Shown here one piece after another: positions 16,466 to 29,995 of a stretch of DNA of 64,000 nt; position 1 is the stretch's first letter, and every line of letters starts with the position of its first letter. The stretch comes from Blasia pusilla (lineage: Eukaryota): positions 14,012,001-14,076,000 of the forward strand of contig CM114271.1 of assembly GCA_050084515.1 (NCBI GenBank), read 5' to 3'. The notes beneath the pieces are model-generated. The model was not told the DNA's origin. It was given only the letters and a program-made list of their open reading frames with translations, and did not search any database. The translations under genes and the position numbers were made by a program.

Positions 16466-17888
16466 GTAGGTAGTTCTATATTCCGACTTGTATCTCAAAC
16501 ATGGATGACAAGAAGGCGACTAACAATGGGGCCACATGAGCACCCGATCTTCTTGCTCTTAGCGTTTGAGAGATTTATGTCATGGTAGGTAGGGATAGAT
16601 GGCTATCTAGAATTAGAGGGACCTAATCAGCTGCCTAGGGGGCAATTGGAGATATTTTGGTACTTCTTGTCTCGTTGTTTGGATACCATGAGTTAGCATG
16701 GGATCGTGCGTGTTTGCGTGTGTATTCGGTGACTATGATGTGTATGCGCATGACAATTGTCACGTCTTTTAGGATAGATCGGTGAGATCTAGAAGAGCGC
16801 CTTTGCGAGTAGTTGAGGATAAACTTAAGAGGTCGAGGATGACATACTGAGGTTCCGAGAAACCTGAGAGAGCAGCTTTCCTCTTCGTTTTGGCTCATTT
16901 GGCGCCATATTGAGAAACTTGGTATTTTAGGTAAGTACCATTTTGAGTATATGATCAAATTTCTATTTTTGTAAAGTAGCCCTTGACTTGCTACATTAGG
17001 TCAAGAGCCAAGGAGGTGACTTGGGAGCATAAGTTTCTATGGAGAAAGCTTGGGAGAAAGGAGGGGTATACCTCAAGGAGAGAGAGCGTGAGAGCTCATT
17101 CCCTCTTTGTTGAACCTCTTAGCATGAGGCGGCGGACCTATGGTCTTGCTTGCCTTGTGTGTGTAATCCAAGCCTCGCATTAGGAGAGTGGGTTTGGCTT
17201 GACATTGAGAGAGACACGTGAGAGTGTACACATGTGAGAATTAGGTGTTGAGAGAAAGAGATTTGATCTTATTTTATTGGAGATATTTTTGTACTTCTTG
17301 TCTCGTTGTTTGGATGCCATGAGTTAGCATGGGATCGTGCGTGTTTGTGTGTGTGTTCGGTGACAGCGATGTATGTTGTGTAACGATGTGTATACGCACG
17401 ATATCCTCCAATAAGAGAACATCGGATGGTAAAACCTCACGCATTCTCAAGATGATGCGCCCTGTAGTCACATCCAATGTCGTGGGTGCCGTCCGCTGCA
17501 AGTAGACATACTCTCCTTGATGAAACCTCCGGATAGTATGTCGATAAACACCTCCCGAATTAGTCGCATACCTCAATGTATCCCGATGTTGCGTAATCGC
17601 CAAGTTCTCAAACGCCATGGACATCAATCTCCAAAACAACTCAGCCCTTTAAGAACATGCTCGCATCCATACATCAGGGTCATCAAGGTTCAACACCTTA
17701 CCAACATCTTGACAAATGGCCGTTTGTAAATCTGGCTCTCGGCCATAAAGTAGCAAGTACGGTGAGAAAGACGCTTAAGATGCATGCCTACTGAATGTAT
17801 ATCCCATCGCCAACCATGGCAACTAGAGGTCCCAATCTCCTACGTGACCTCTCTGTAGGCCAAAATTGCTCAATCCTCTCTTCACCGT

Positions 17889-19131
17889 TGTCGTGTCGAG
17901 AGCCTTTCATCGAGCAAGGGCGGACCTTTTAGTTGCAGCAGACATGGTTGATGCAAGTCGAAGTCTATAAGAATTTCTCTTTTTTCAATAAAAAATTATT
18001 ATGTAAACCGTCCATTCTCTCAAGACAGGAATCACGAAAGGAAGTGCCGAGACGATCACTTCTTCATAACATGGAACCCCGAAATTTTTAACTATGAAAT
18101 CCCTATAAACTACTTTACGCTTGTACACAAGGAAGATAGCAAAACTAGTGTTAAACTCTACTTGAGCCGGCTTATTGACGTCCATGGATAACTATATAAG
18201 GACATACAAAGTACAATCCCATGTCCTTCCATATGTGACGATAGGAAGAATCACCGGAGTTGGAGATTGCATGACTTAGTTCATGAACGCCTCCCCAAAG
18301 TGATAAACTAAATAGCGAGTGAACCAATGCCTATCTACAAAGAGTACCTTGACATGATAAGGATTAAGGAAAGGAAAGTCGGGCACAACTTGTGCTCTAC
18401 CCCTATCTATGGTTGACAAACATTCTCTACTCTCTTCAAGAATAGGCTTTTGCGGAATTATTCTCCCAAGATGGGTAATCCACTATCATTGGGAAAATAA
18501 CAAGCCAAAAAATTCGTTATTTTAATATGACTAAACTCTTCTAAGGTGATAAGCCTCTCATCTCCACACACCACACTCTAGAAACCTCTCGAAGAATAGA
18601 CCATGATCAAGTTACTTTCTCAAGTGGGATGATCCACTCTCATTGGAAGAGCAAGCAATCCCAAAGCCATACACTCAAGAGTGACACGAGAGACTCAAGA
18701 TGTGAAATAGAAGGTGATGAACCCTTGAAGATCCCACCTCTTTATATACTCACAAAGGATCCACAAGAGTACGAAATAGAACTAATCTTATCTTATGCCA
18801 CATGACTACCTTTCAAGTCTTAGTCAATCATATTTTGATACAAGTAGATTTCCTCTTATCTCTTCCAAAATATCCTCTTTTACCCACTTGATATTTTCCA
18901 AATTACCCCAACTAACCTAGCCACCAACCAATACTATTTTTGCTTTTATAAAGTCATCTTTTTATTTATTACCTCTTTTCCTAAAGTAGGGCCCGCATAA
19001 AAGAGGCACCATAAAGAGGTTTAAACATGAGAATTTCTTTTTCCTAGGCTAATTTACATAATACTAATAAAACTCTATCTAACACTTAATGAGGAAGGAG
19101 TTTACACAGTGGCTGATTTTACTATACGACA
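17889..19131. mobile_element. ~1.25 kb TG...CA element (solo-LTR-like or non-autonomous), copy 1
   Basis: Ends TGTCGTGTC...TATACGACA with a perfect 4-bp TSD CCGT; it interrupts the copy B integrase. Confidence 0.85.
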
Positions 19132-20069
19132 CCGTCTACACAACCCTCTCCGCTAGTCCATCCGCCTCAGGATGATCTCGCCAAGTGGTGCGATGGTCGA
19201 TTAGTTTATGATCACACAAGGTGTGAAACTCCCTGCAAAACTCTATACCCTGGTCTGTCAACACCTCAGCTAGTGCACCGTAATGATTCAACACTCAATG
19301 TAGGAAGGCATGCGCTACACCCTCACTTGCTTTTTCACACAATGCAACCAACTTATCCACTTCGAGAAATGCTCGACCATCACCAACACATAACGACTAT
19401 AACGCTCCGTCAAAGGCAAAGGTTGTGTAAAATCCAAACTCCATCTATAACCTAAACCCATGATCAAAAGTGGATGCAACTTTGGAGTCGGAGCATTGAA
19501 CGATGCTCGAACTCGATCACACACCATGCATCTGGAAAAAAATTGTTGAACGTCAGTCTGGATGTCTCGCCATCAATATTGAATCTGGAGCAAGTTGTAC
19601 GTTCGCTTCACTCCACAATGACCCATCTCCACATGGACATGACACACCAAACATACTCTCCGTGAAGGATGAGGCATTACACGTACTCTACCATCCCCCA
19701 AATGCGCAACACATATGTCCCCTCCCACTCGAACCGTGTGGCTCGTTGTAGGATCCGATCCCGCTCTCTAGCATCCACTATGCTCGTGACGTTGCCAGTA
19801 CGTAGATACTCCAAGACTACTCCTTCGTCGTGAATATCTCGGCCACCAATTGTCTCCTCACTAGTCTCTGGATCTAAGGACTCTCAATCAGACCTCGCCA
19901 TAAAAGTCTCAACAATCCGGCTCTCCATATCCAAAAAGCCTAAATAGGCTGAAGCGTGCCATCTTGGCACCAACTCCTCATCATTCTCTCCATGCCAACA
20001 AGCTCTAGTCGCATCTCGCTGACTAGGGCATCGGTTTAGGGTCAAACCATCTGCATCCTAGTTGAGCGT

Positions 20070-21343
20070 TGTCGTGTCGAGAGCCTTTCTTCGAATAAGG
20101 GCAAGCCTTCTAGCTGCGGCAAACGCGGTCGATGCAAGATGAACTCTCTGAGAAGATCTCTTTTTTCAATATAAAATTATTATGTATACTCTCCATTCTC
20201 TCACGACAAGTATCACAAATGGAAGTGCCGAGGCGATCACTTCTTCGTAACATCGGACCCCAAAATTCCTAACTATAAAATCCCTATAAACTATTTTACG
20301 CTTGTATACGAGGAAGATAACACAACTAGTGTTAAACCCTACTTGAGCCGCCTATTGCGTCATGGATCGCTATATAAGGATATACAAAGTACAATCCCAT
20401 GTCCTTCCATATGTGACGATAGGAAGGATCATCGGAGTTGGAGATTGAATGACCTGGTTCATGAACGCCTCCCCAAAATGATAAAAAATAGCGAGTGAAC
20501 TAGTGCCTATCTACAAAGAGTATCTTGATATGGTATGGATTAAGGAAAGGAAAGTCGGGCACAACTCGTGCTCCACCCCTATCCATGCTTGACAGACATT
20601 CTCTACTCTCCTCAAGAATGGATTTTGGCGAATTATTCTCCCAAGAGGATAATCCACTCGTTGGAGAAGTAACAAGCCAAAATATTCACTATTTTAGTAT
20701 GACTAAACTCCTCTAAGGTGACAAACCTCTCATCTCCATACACACACACACACCACACTCTAGAAACCTCTCGAAGAATAGACCATGGTCAAGTTACTCT
20801 CCCAATAGGGGTGATCTACTCTCATTGGAAGAGCAAGCAATCCCAAAGTCATACACTCAAGAGTGACAAGAAAGACTCAAGATGTCGAATAGAAGGTGAT
20901 GAACCCTTGAAGGTCCCTCCTCTTTATAAACTCACAAGAGACCCACAAGAGTACGAAATAGAGTTAATCTTATCTTGTGTCACATGGCTTCCTCTCAAGG
21001 CTTAGCCAATCACATTTTGACACAAGTAGATTTCCTCTTATCGCTTCCAAAATATCCTCTTTTACCAACTTGATATTTTCCAAATTACCCCAACGAACCT
21101 AGCCACCAACCAAGCCTACTTTTGCTTTTCATTAAAGCACCAACCTCACTACTTTACTTTTATAAAGTCATCTTTTATTTATTACCTCTTTTCTAAAGTT
21201 GGGCTCGCATAAAAGAGGCACCATAAAGAGGTTTAAACATGGGGATTTCCTTTTCCTAAGCTAATTTATTTAATACTAATAAAACTCTATCTAACACTTA
21301 ACGAGGAAGGAGTTTACACATTGGCTGATTTTACTATACGACA
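20070..21343. mobile_element. ~1.25 kb TG...CA element, copy 2
   Basis: Same ends and body as 17889-19131; flanks GCGT/ACGT; it interrupts the copy B RNaseH region. Confidence 0.85.
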
Positions 21344-24300
21344 ACGTCCCAGGTCTATGCACCACCTCGAAGTCATACTCTTGCAACAAAAGAGCCCACA
21401 TTGCAAGCTTCCCTATAAGCTTGTCGAACTCCATCAACCACTTAACTGGTCGATGATCAATAATGATGGTAAAGGGGTTGCCGAATAGAGAACACTTGAA
21501 ATGTGCGACAGCCCATATTGCAACCAAGCGCTCATCCTCATACGAGCTATACTTTGTCTTTGTAGCGTTGTTCGAGCGACTAGCGTAAGTCACCATGAAC
21601 TCTCTACCATCATCGTCATGTTGGGTAAGCACGGCTCCAAGCCCCAACATGCTCCAATCGGTATGCAACTGGAAAGGACGCCCCCCTCATCGGTCTCCTC
21701 AATATGGGCGCGGACGTCAATCTCTCTTTGAGCAGCTGAAATGCTCTGTCTTGCTCATCTCTCCATTGCCACTCCTGATCCATCTTGGTCAGCAAGGTCA
21801 ACGGCTTCGTAATCAAACTGAAACCCTTGGCATACCGTCGATAGAAGTTTTCCAATCCCATGAATGTACAAACTCGGCTCACATCTGTAGGGCGTGGAAT
21901 GCGTGAAATAGCCTCTACCTTCGTCTATTGCATACCAAGGCCCCTTGGGTATATCCTATGATCCATGTACTCCATCTGGTCATAGAAGAACTTGCATTTG
22001 CCTGGATGTAGTTGCAGCCCATGTAACTGCAATCATCAAAATACCTCCTCTAGATATCGCTCATGCTCCTTAATCGTGGCGCTAAAGACTACGATCTCCA
22101 ACCAAGACGTCGTATGACTCTAACAACAAGGCGCGCTACAAACTAAAAACTCTGCCTCATGGACTCACCAACAGGAAGTCCTCTTCCCAATGATCCATGA
22201 ACACAACACCAGGAGCTGCCATGGCACGCTCTATTGCGGGTCTAGCGGGCATCTCCGCCATCCTAGCGACCATGACTTGCCATGAATCTGACGTGGATGG
22301 CCCAAGGGCAGGTCTCCAAGGGCAGATCCATCACCTCCTCTACAATCATCCCTAAGCGTGATGCAAGAACACCATCTCCTTGCTCATATAGCTTCGTGGC
22401 CAACCAAAAACCTCGGCAAGCGTACCTCCCTACTTCATAACATCGGAAGCAGAAAACAATAGAGCCCGGTACACCATCGTGGCCGCCCCTAACATCGTGC
22501 TCGACACATGCTCCTCCTCAGCATTAGCAATAGGATTCGTCTCACTTTCTCCCATCGCCCTTTGTGCCTGCACACCAGCAACATCACCAACTCTCTGACA
22601 ACTCTGATCAGGACCCATCGATGGGGTCCTCATCGCCTCGGACAATGTGAATGATTGAGGAAGCGTGGTCTGTTTCCTAGCTTCCCCTTGCTATGGATCC
22701 AACTCTACGGCTGCTCCACGCATACCAACTGTGGCGGCCTCCATCTGGGCAACCCCGCACATCCAACTAGGATCCTCTATATCTCTTGCTGGTCCATAAG
22801 ACGTCGATGCCACACATCTGGCATCGGGTAACCTCAATGCCATAGCAGCAATCTGCTATTGTGGCTGCTGTATCTAATGAACCATCCCAGCCTCATGCCC
22901 GGAGTCTCCCTCAATACGTCTATGTGGTGGGACTCTACCTCCTCCATGGGCAACTCCACCACCCCCTTGGGCGAATCCAACTCCTCACACCCCAACGGGA
23001 CCACCTGGTGCATGACCTCTAGGCCCATCCGGACCAGCAACTCGCTCTGGCCCTCAATCCGGACATAACTTAGGGTGTAAACTAAAACACCTGGCGTATG
23101 TGTGACCGTACCTTTGATAATAATTACACTGATAACCTCTTGGTGCAGCACCATCTCCTCCTCTAGGCTAAGGCACGCGTCCATGACCTTGACGAGTGCA
23201 GTCGTGTTGGTGATGGGCTCCATCACATGCCCAATAAATAATCGTAGACGGCTGCTCCTGAGTCGCATATGAAGGCGCAAGTCTCTATGGCACAACCTCT
23301 CGGTATCATTCGTGAGCTCCTGGTGCCATAGACCTATCTCGGAATATACGTTGCTGCACTGGTGGTGCAGAAAATTGTGACTGCTCTCGCCCAGAACTCA
23401 TGGTGGCTACGCTCTTCTCCGCCATGTTTCGCTCAATGTTCTCGAGAGTCCTTAAAACATCTCTCAACGTGGATGAGGTGTTCATAAGAGCATCCCCTCC
23501 TACATCTGTGTCCGTAGGGTTCGGTCCAGCATCGCGTATCATGACTCGACAACCTGGGCCTCTATCACCCCTTGAGTGACGTTATCAACCTGTGCAAGCG
23601 AGTGTAGGCCTTACGCAAACTCTCACTTAGGTGCCTCTAGAAGTCGTGGATGCTTCGCAACTTCTCTGTCTATACCCCCTGGTATCTAGTCCTCAACTTT
23701 GCAAAGCACTCAACCACAGGTTTGAACCTCGGACAGGCCCGACTGGATGGTGCAACTGCTCCGGTGCCAGTCATCCGTCCTAACACATCACTAGTGGAAA
23801 AGGAAGCAACCTCTCCTGACTCCTCCTCCTCATCTAGGAATGGCTCCGTCCATGACATATAGTGTGGGTCATGGTAGAGTCGCCATGCCTCAATCTCTTG
23901 GGCATATCTATGGGAGAACTCATGGTAATCGTCCATGGGTGCCCCCTCCAGATGCTGAAACATATCGTTCTATGATGTAAACGGGTTGAACTCTCTAGAG
24001 TTCCTAGCCCGCTGTGAATCACAGAAACTCCTAAACTCTGCAATAAAGTCGTGTAACTGTATAGCACCCGAAAACCTACGCGGTCCTCTATCCCGGTCGT
24101 CCATCTCGTACTCCCAAGCGGTAGGACCATTTACTGTGTGCGGTGATGCACTAACATACTCCTCTACACTCTCCTCCTTGTCTGAAGATGACACTGAAGA
24201 AGGTCGAGGCGGTCCCTCACGTGGAGACCCTCGAAACCTCGTGCCACTCCACGTAATACCTCTAGAGCTACTCTTGGGTCCACCACCTTGCCTCTCCAAA

Positions 24301-27300
24301 TCCCAAAATGATGTCATGATGATCCTCGTGCCCCTCTCACGTGATCACTCTCAACCTTGCGAGTAATCATTCAATCACTCAAACTAATATGAGGCACTCA
24401 ATCTACACTCTCTCTCATTGAGAAGTGTGTTGTGCGGCAACAAATGGCGTGATGCGGCAAATCAACTACTGTCCTATCATCACATGAACAACACATACCC
24501 TCAACTCTGGACATCCCACATAACTCTATGTCCCCTAAACCCATACATCAACGATGCTCTTAGTATCTGCACGAAACCCAATCTCCCAAATAACTACCCA
24601 ATACCCGGAATTCCCTCATACGTACAAGCAAAAGACTAGAATGGGTAACTTGAACAAATGTCAATCGCTCCTTAGCAACTGCAAACCTCGACCCCAACTC
24701 GGTCGTGATGACAAAATCCTCCAATCAGCAAGTCGCACCCCTCTGGTACTGACGATGCTCAAATCTCTCATTATGCGGTGCGGATCTAACAATACGGTGC
24801 GGATCCAACAATACGGTGCGACACTAGCGGCACGGAACGGCTATAAAATGGCACGACACTCGATAATGGCATGCGGCACTCCGCTGCATATCCTCCTCAA
24901 TTAGCAATACACATGCTCTACACCTTAGTGCAAGAGCGGCTCCACGATTGAGACGATGCGATACGGCCACGAGCGACATGGCGCGGCAATCGGCGGCGCG
25001 TTGTGGCTACGGGCGTCACGGCACGGTACTCGATCATCATCGAGCGGTTACCAATCACAACATAGCATAATGAAATGAAAACTCAAACACCATCCACCAG
25101 AGGTCACCTGCCATCACTAGTTGATGACAAAATTGCGATGACGGCAGCGGCCACAACAAAGTAGGTGGTGGCGGCCCAAGTCAGAGAATCAACAGTCATC
25201 ATGAAAGACCCTCCACACTGTAATGGCAGCCAGCGGCGGACAACGGCCAAACGCATCACTAGGCGACGGGGGTGGCCGACGGTCGACGGCGGACCATTGA
25301 TGGTGACAGAGGATGGTGGACGGTGACGACAGACCATTGACGGTGACTACTGAGGCGACAGCCGCCGCCGCCACGGCGGCTACTTTAGGGTTTGAACAAT
25401 TTTACCCTAAAAATTGCCTAGCAATGACAGTTTTGCAAGATCAACCATAAATTTTTGCTCACAACTCAAAATTACCCATCGTTTCTTCCACAATGTGTAC
25501 AGCTTTGAGATCTACAACATTGTCTAATTTGTTTTTTCATTCGACTTTCCCACAAAAATTGACAGGAACTGTCATGGAGCCCTTCAAATTGGCACTCACG
25601 ACAAAATCGGCAACGCTTCCGCACTTATTTCTTCCACATAAAACTTCAGACCTATAAAATCACAAACCAGCAAGCTACTTGATGCTCCTTAGAGCACTAG
25701 AATGGGAAAAATCCGCTCCCAAACTTCATCTCTAAAGAAATTTGGGCAGCGCTTCCGCGCATCACTCTTCCACACAAAAAATTGGCAATGGAAAACAATA
25801 AAATAAGTAGCGCTTGCTCCGATGAGCACTCCCATGAGCCGTTGAACGGGGAATATGGTTCCAAACCTGCACCAATAGTGTGTAATGAGCGAGCTCCTCT
25901 ATTGAAGCTCTCTCACCCTCCCATTCTCTCTTTGTAAAATAAGGTCAAATCTCTCTCACAACAGCATAGCTCTTACATGTGTGCACTCTCACATGTCTCT
26001 CTCAATGTCAAACCAAAATCACTCTCCGAATGAAAGGCTTGAGTTACACTCACAAGGCAAGGGACCATAGCTCCGCCGCCTCCTACCAAGAGGTTCAACA
26101 AAGAGAGAATGAGCTCTCAAGCTCTCTCACCTTGAGGAATATCGCTCCCCTCTTCCAAGGTCTCTCCATGATAACCTATGCTCTCAAGTCACCTCCTTGG
26201 CTCTTGACTTGATGTAGGAGGTCAATGGCCAATTCCTAAAATAAAAATTCGACCATAGACTCAAAACAGTACTTACCCAAAATAGTAAGTTTCTCAATAT
26301 GGCTCCAAATGAGCCGAAACGAAGGGGAAACTTGCTCTCTCAAGCATCCCAAGGCCTCAGCAGGTCATCCTTAACCTTCTGAGTCTATCCTCCATTACTC
26401 GCAAAGGTGCTCTACTAGATCTCACCGACCTATCCTAAAAGATGTGACAAGATTTTCCAAGCATGGACATGAATATCTCCCCAAAGAAGAAGAAGATTCA
26501 TACAATAGGTGATGTGGCTGGAAGTCTTGGAAGTGCCGGTGGGGTGAACTCAAAGGAACCAATCACAAAAACCAACGGGTAATCTTCCATGAGCAATAAT
26601 TTTTAGATCTTATGTTTTGATACTCGTTGGCTTTACATATTAGATATCCTCTACATTTCCCTACACATGGGTGTATGCCTTGTAGTATTCTTACAATCCA
26701 TAACCAACCAAGTGGCACTTTTGAGATTTTCAAGAAACTTACCAATAGAAGGATGGACCTTCAACCAGGTAACCCAAGTAAATTTGATACTTGCAAATAT
26801 ATCTCAATCATGTACTACCTTACTGTCTACCTTCTATGTGGTCATTGCGATTATGAAATTTGCAGTTGCATGTGGGGGACGAGGTGCATCTCACCCAACC
26901 AAAGCTCAACACGAACATCTTGGGTGTTGGTGTTATTTAAGGCTTGAGTGGTCGTAAGAAGTTCTATGGGAAGGATATTGCCCTTGGTATGGTCCGAGTA
27001 GACCTTAAAAGTACGAAACAACCAGATTACCCGTCATGGGAGATCAATGGAGACGATGATCCACCGCATCATACACTTGGGGATGCACTTGAGAGTGCGA
27101 TCATTTGGCCAGAGTTGAATTTTAAGAAAGCGGTTCATTAGGTAGTAAACTTTCTGTGCTTCCATTAGATAGGAGCCACCAACAAGAATATTTTGCCATG
27201 CTCGAATGATGTTTTCAGTTTGCTATTGTTATATAGTATGCTGAACTCTCAATTACACTTGTGTATTTCAAAATGAATGCATGTTAGATATTTGTTCCTC

Positions 27301-27659
27301 TATTTATGCACAAGTTTTTGGTTTTTTGGATTCTTATCATGTATACTTCTTCAATGGTTGAAGATTTGCTATTGGGATCATTTTTTGCTTATAGAGATAT
27401 CAACCATGTTTGCTTATTTTGTTTAGTTTAGGATTTGCAACATATATGCATGGCTCAAAGAATATAATGTGTTCCTTCTTAATCCAATATACTTACCCTT
27501 CTGGTTTCAGATTTCCTATTCCTTATGCATCGCCTCAAAGACTTTTCACTTTCATAGTTTAATCATTGGATGAGTTTTTACTGCTGCTGAACTTTTCTAT
27601 TGAGAAAATTTACATATATAGCTATCAAGGACTTGATCATAAGAGTGTTTCTATTTGGT

Positions 27660-27660
<1 letters not shown>

Positions 27661-27712
<52 letters not shown>
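27661..27712. repeat. (CT)n microsatellite
   Basis: About 26 CT units read directly. Confidence 0.95.
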
Positions 27713-27716
<4 letters not shown>

Positions 27717-28042
27717 TTCTTATTGACTTTCATGTTCTTTTTTTGTTCATTGTAGTTTACTAGTAGCCATGGGATTCTTCAATGTTGAATCATAAACTTC
27801 TTGCTGTCCTTTTGCTCACATAATTTTGCTATGCTTACCATAGTATATATGATTAATTGAATGACTATCCATATCATGTGTGATGCTTGACTTGAGTAGT
27901 TGTATGACTTGATTAGTCATTAAGTAGAGGGGTGGACAAAAATAGAACTCAAACAAATGATTGAGTCATATTGCAAAGTCACAAATTCATCTAATCCTCA
28001 TTACACATCTACATATCAATGACTACATGAGTCGTTGATTAG

Positions 28043-28362
28043 TACTCATAACAACCCACTGAGTACTAGTTTGGAATCAAATGACTCTTAATAACCCATG
28101 TAGTAATACTTTCTCATCAAATGGCTCATAACAACCCACTGAGTATAATTTTGGAATCGAATGACTCATAACAATCCATTGAATAATATTTTAGAATCCG
28201 AAGACTCATAACAACCCATTGAGTAATACTTTGGAATCAAATGACTCATAACAACCCACTAAGTAATATTTTGGAATCAAATGACTTATAACAACCCACT
28301 GAGTGATATTTTGGAATCAAATGACTCATTACAACTCACGGAGTAATACTGTGGAATCAAAT
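28043..28362 (+). repeat. Tandem array, 8 x 40 bp (CACTA subterminal region)
   Basis: Consensus GACTCATAACAACCCACTGAGTAATACTTTGGAATCAAAT, head to tail with no spacers. Confidence 0.9.
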
Positions 28363-28972
28363 GACTATCAACACCATAATTCCTACTTGGGTAGTCATAA
28401 TAATGACTACTTAAGTCAAGTTTGATAAATGACTAAGTCATTAGTATAACAAAATGAGCATGGTATTGACATGTGGGAGCAGACTTTTGGCTTAAAACAT
28501 CCAATGCTGACATGGAAATTGGGTTTATGACTAAGTCATTTATCCACGTGTAACAAGAAACAGTAACCTAATATTGCCAGTAATAAGTGTCAGCAATATT
28601 TGGTGGCACTTTTGTTGTCCATGTCACCATGATACATTGCCTAGCATTGTGACACTTGTTAGAAATGACTAAGTTATATATTACACGTGTCATTTTCTTA
28701 TATTATAAAAATATTGTAATATAAGAAATCCATGTGTTAACATTGAGTCATTGCTTATGGGTCATCCTACAATTTCTAAGCCATATATATATAGATGACT
28801 TAGTCATTAAGAACTTTAGTCATATACCAAGATGGTTGGCTCCAGTCATTACCTGCATATGACTTGGTTTATATGACTCTATTAGTCACATGTAATTACC
28901 AGTCATTTCATACAAAATATGACTCTACCTAGTTATATATGAGAGTCATAAAACACAATATTTCTTCTAGTG

Positions 28973-29995
<1,023 letters not shown>

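Larger units (their letters stand above)
9491..17403 (+). mobile_element. DNMT-carrying gypsy-type retroelement, copy A (rearranged, probably composite)
   Basis: A1 9491-~10015, then leader, an inverted gag fragment (~10760-11520), and decayed pol from ~11811: protease tail, DNMT, RT, RNaseH, integrase. The 3' end is CTAGGGGG, B1 16645-16755, A2 16758-17276, B2 17276-17403. Confidence 0.8.
17404..26449 (-). mobile_element. DNMT-family retroelement copy B: internally deleted (no DNMT, partial RT), 3' end missing, two nested 1.25-kb insertions
   Basis: A1 26449-25935 (TGTCACATCTTTTAGGATAGG), leader, gag ~24330-22300, deletion junctions at ~22095-22120, RT tail/RNaseH (TDWSMLGLG) and integrase down to 17404. 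Confidence 0.85.
26450..28972 (+). mobile_element. 3' portion of a CACTA (En/Spm) DNA transposon
   Basis: Ends ...ATTTCTTCTAGTG at 28972 (reverse complement CACTAGAAGAAAT), with many subterminal ATGACT/AGTCAT motifs. ORF 26944-27141 (VRVDL...DDDPPHHTLGDALESAIIWP) resembles the C-terminus of CACTA accessory proteins. Confidence 0.65.

Noticed and set aside
9107-26449. One giant element with terminal inverted A repeats
   Set aside because: Better explained as oppositely oriented, nested copies; the flanks (CTCCAC / AGATT) show no TSD.
28043-28362. CRISPR-like periodic array
   Set aside because: Units are head to tail with no unique spacers, there are no cas genes, and the context is a eukaryotic CACTA subterminus.
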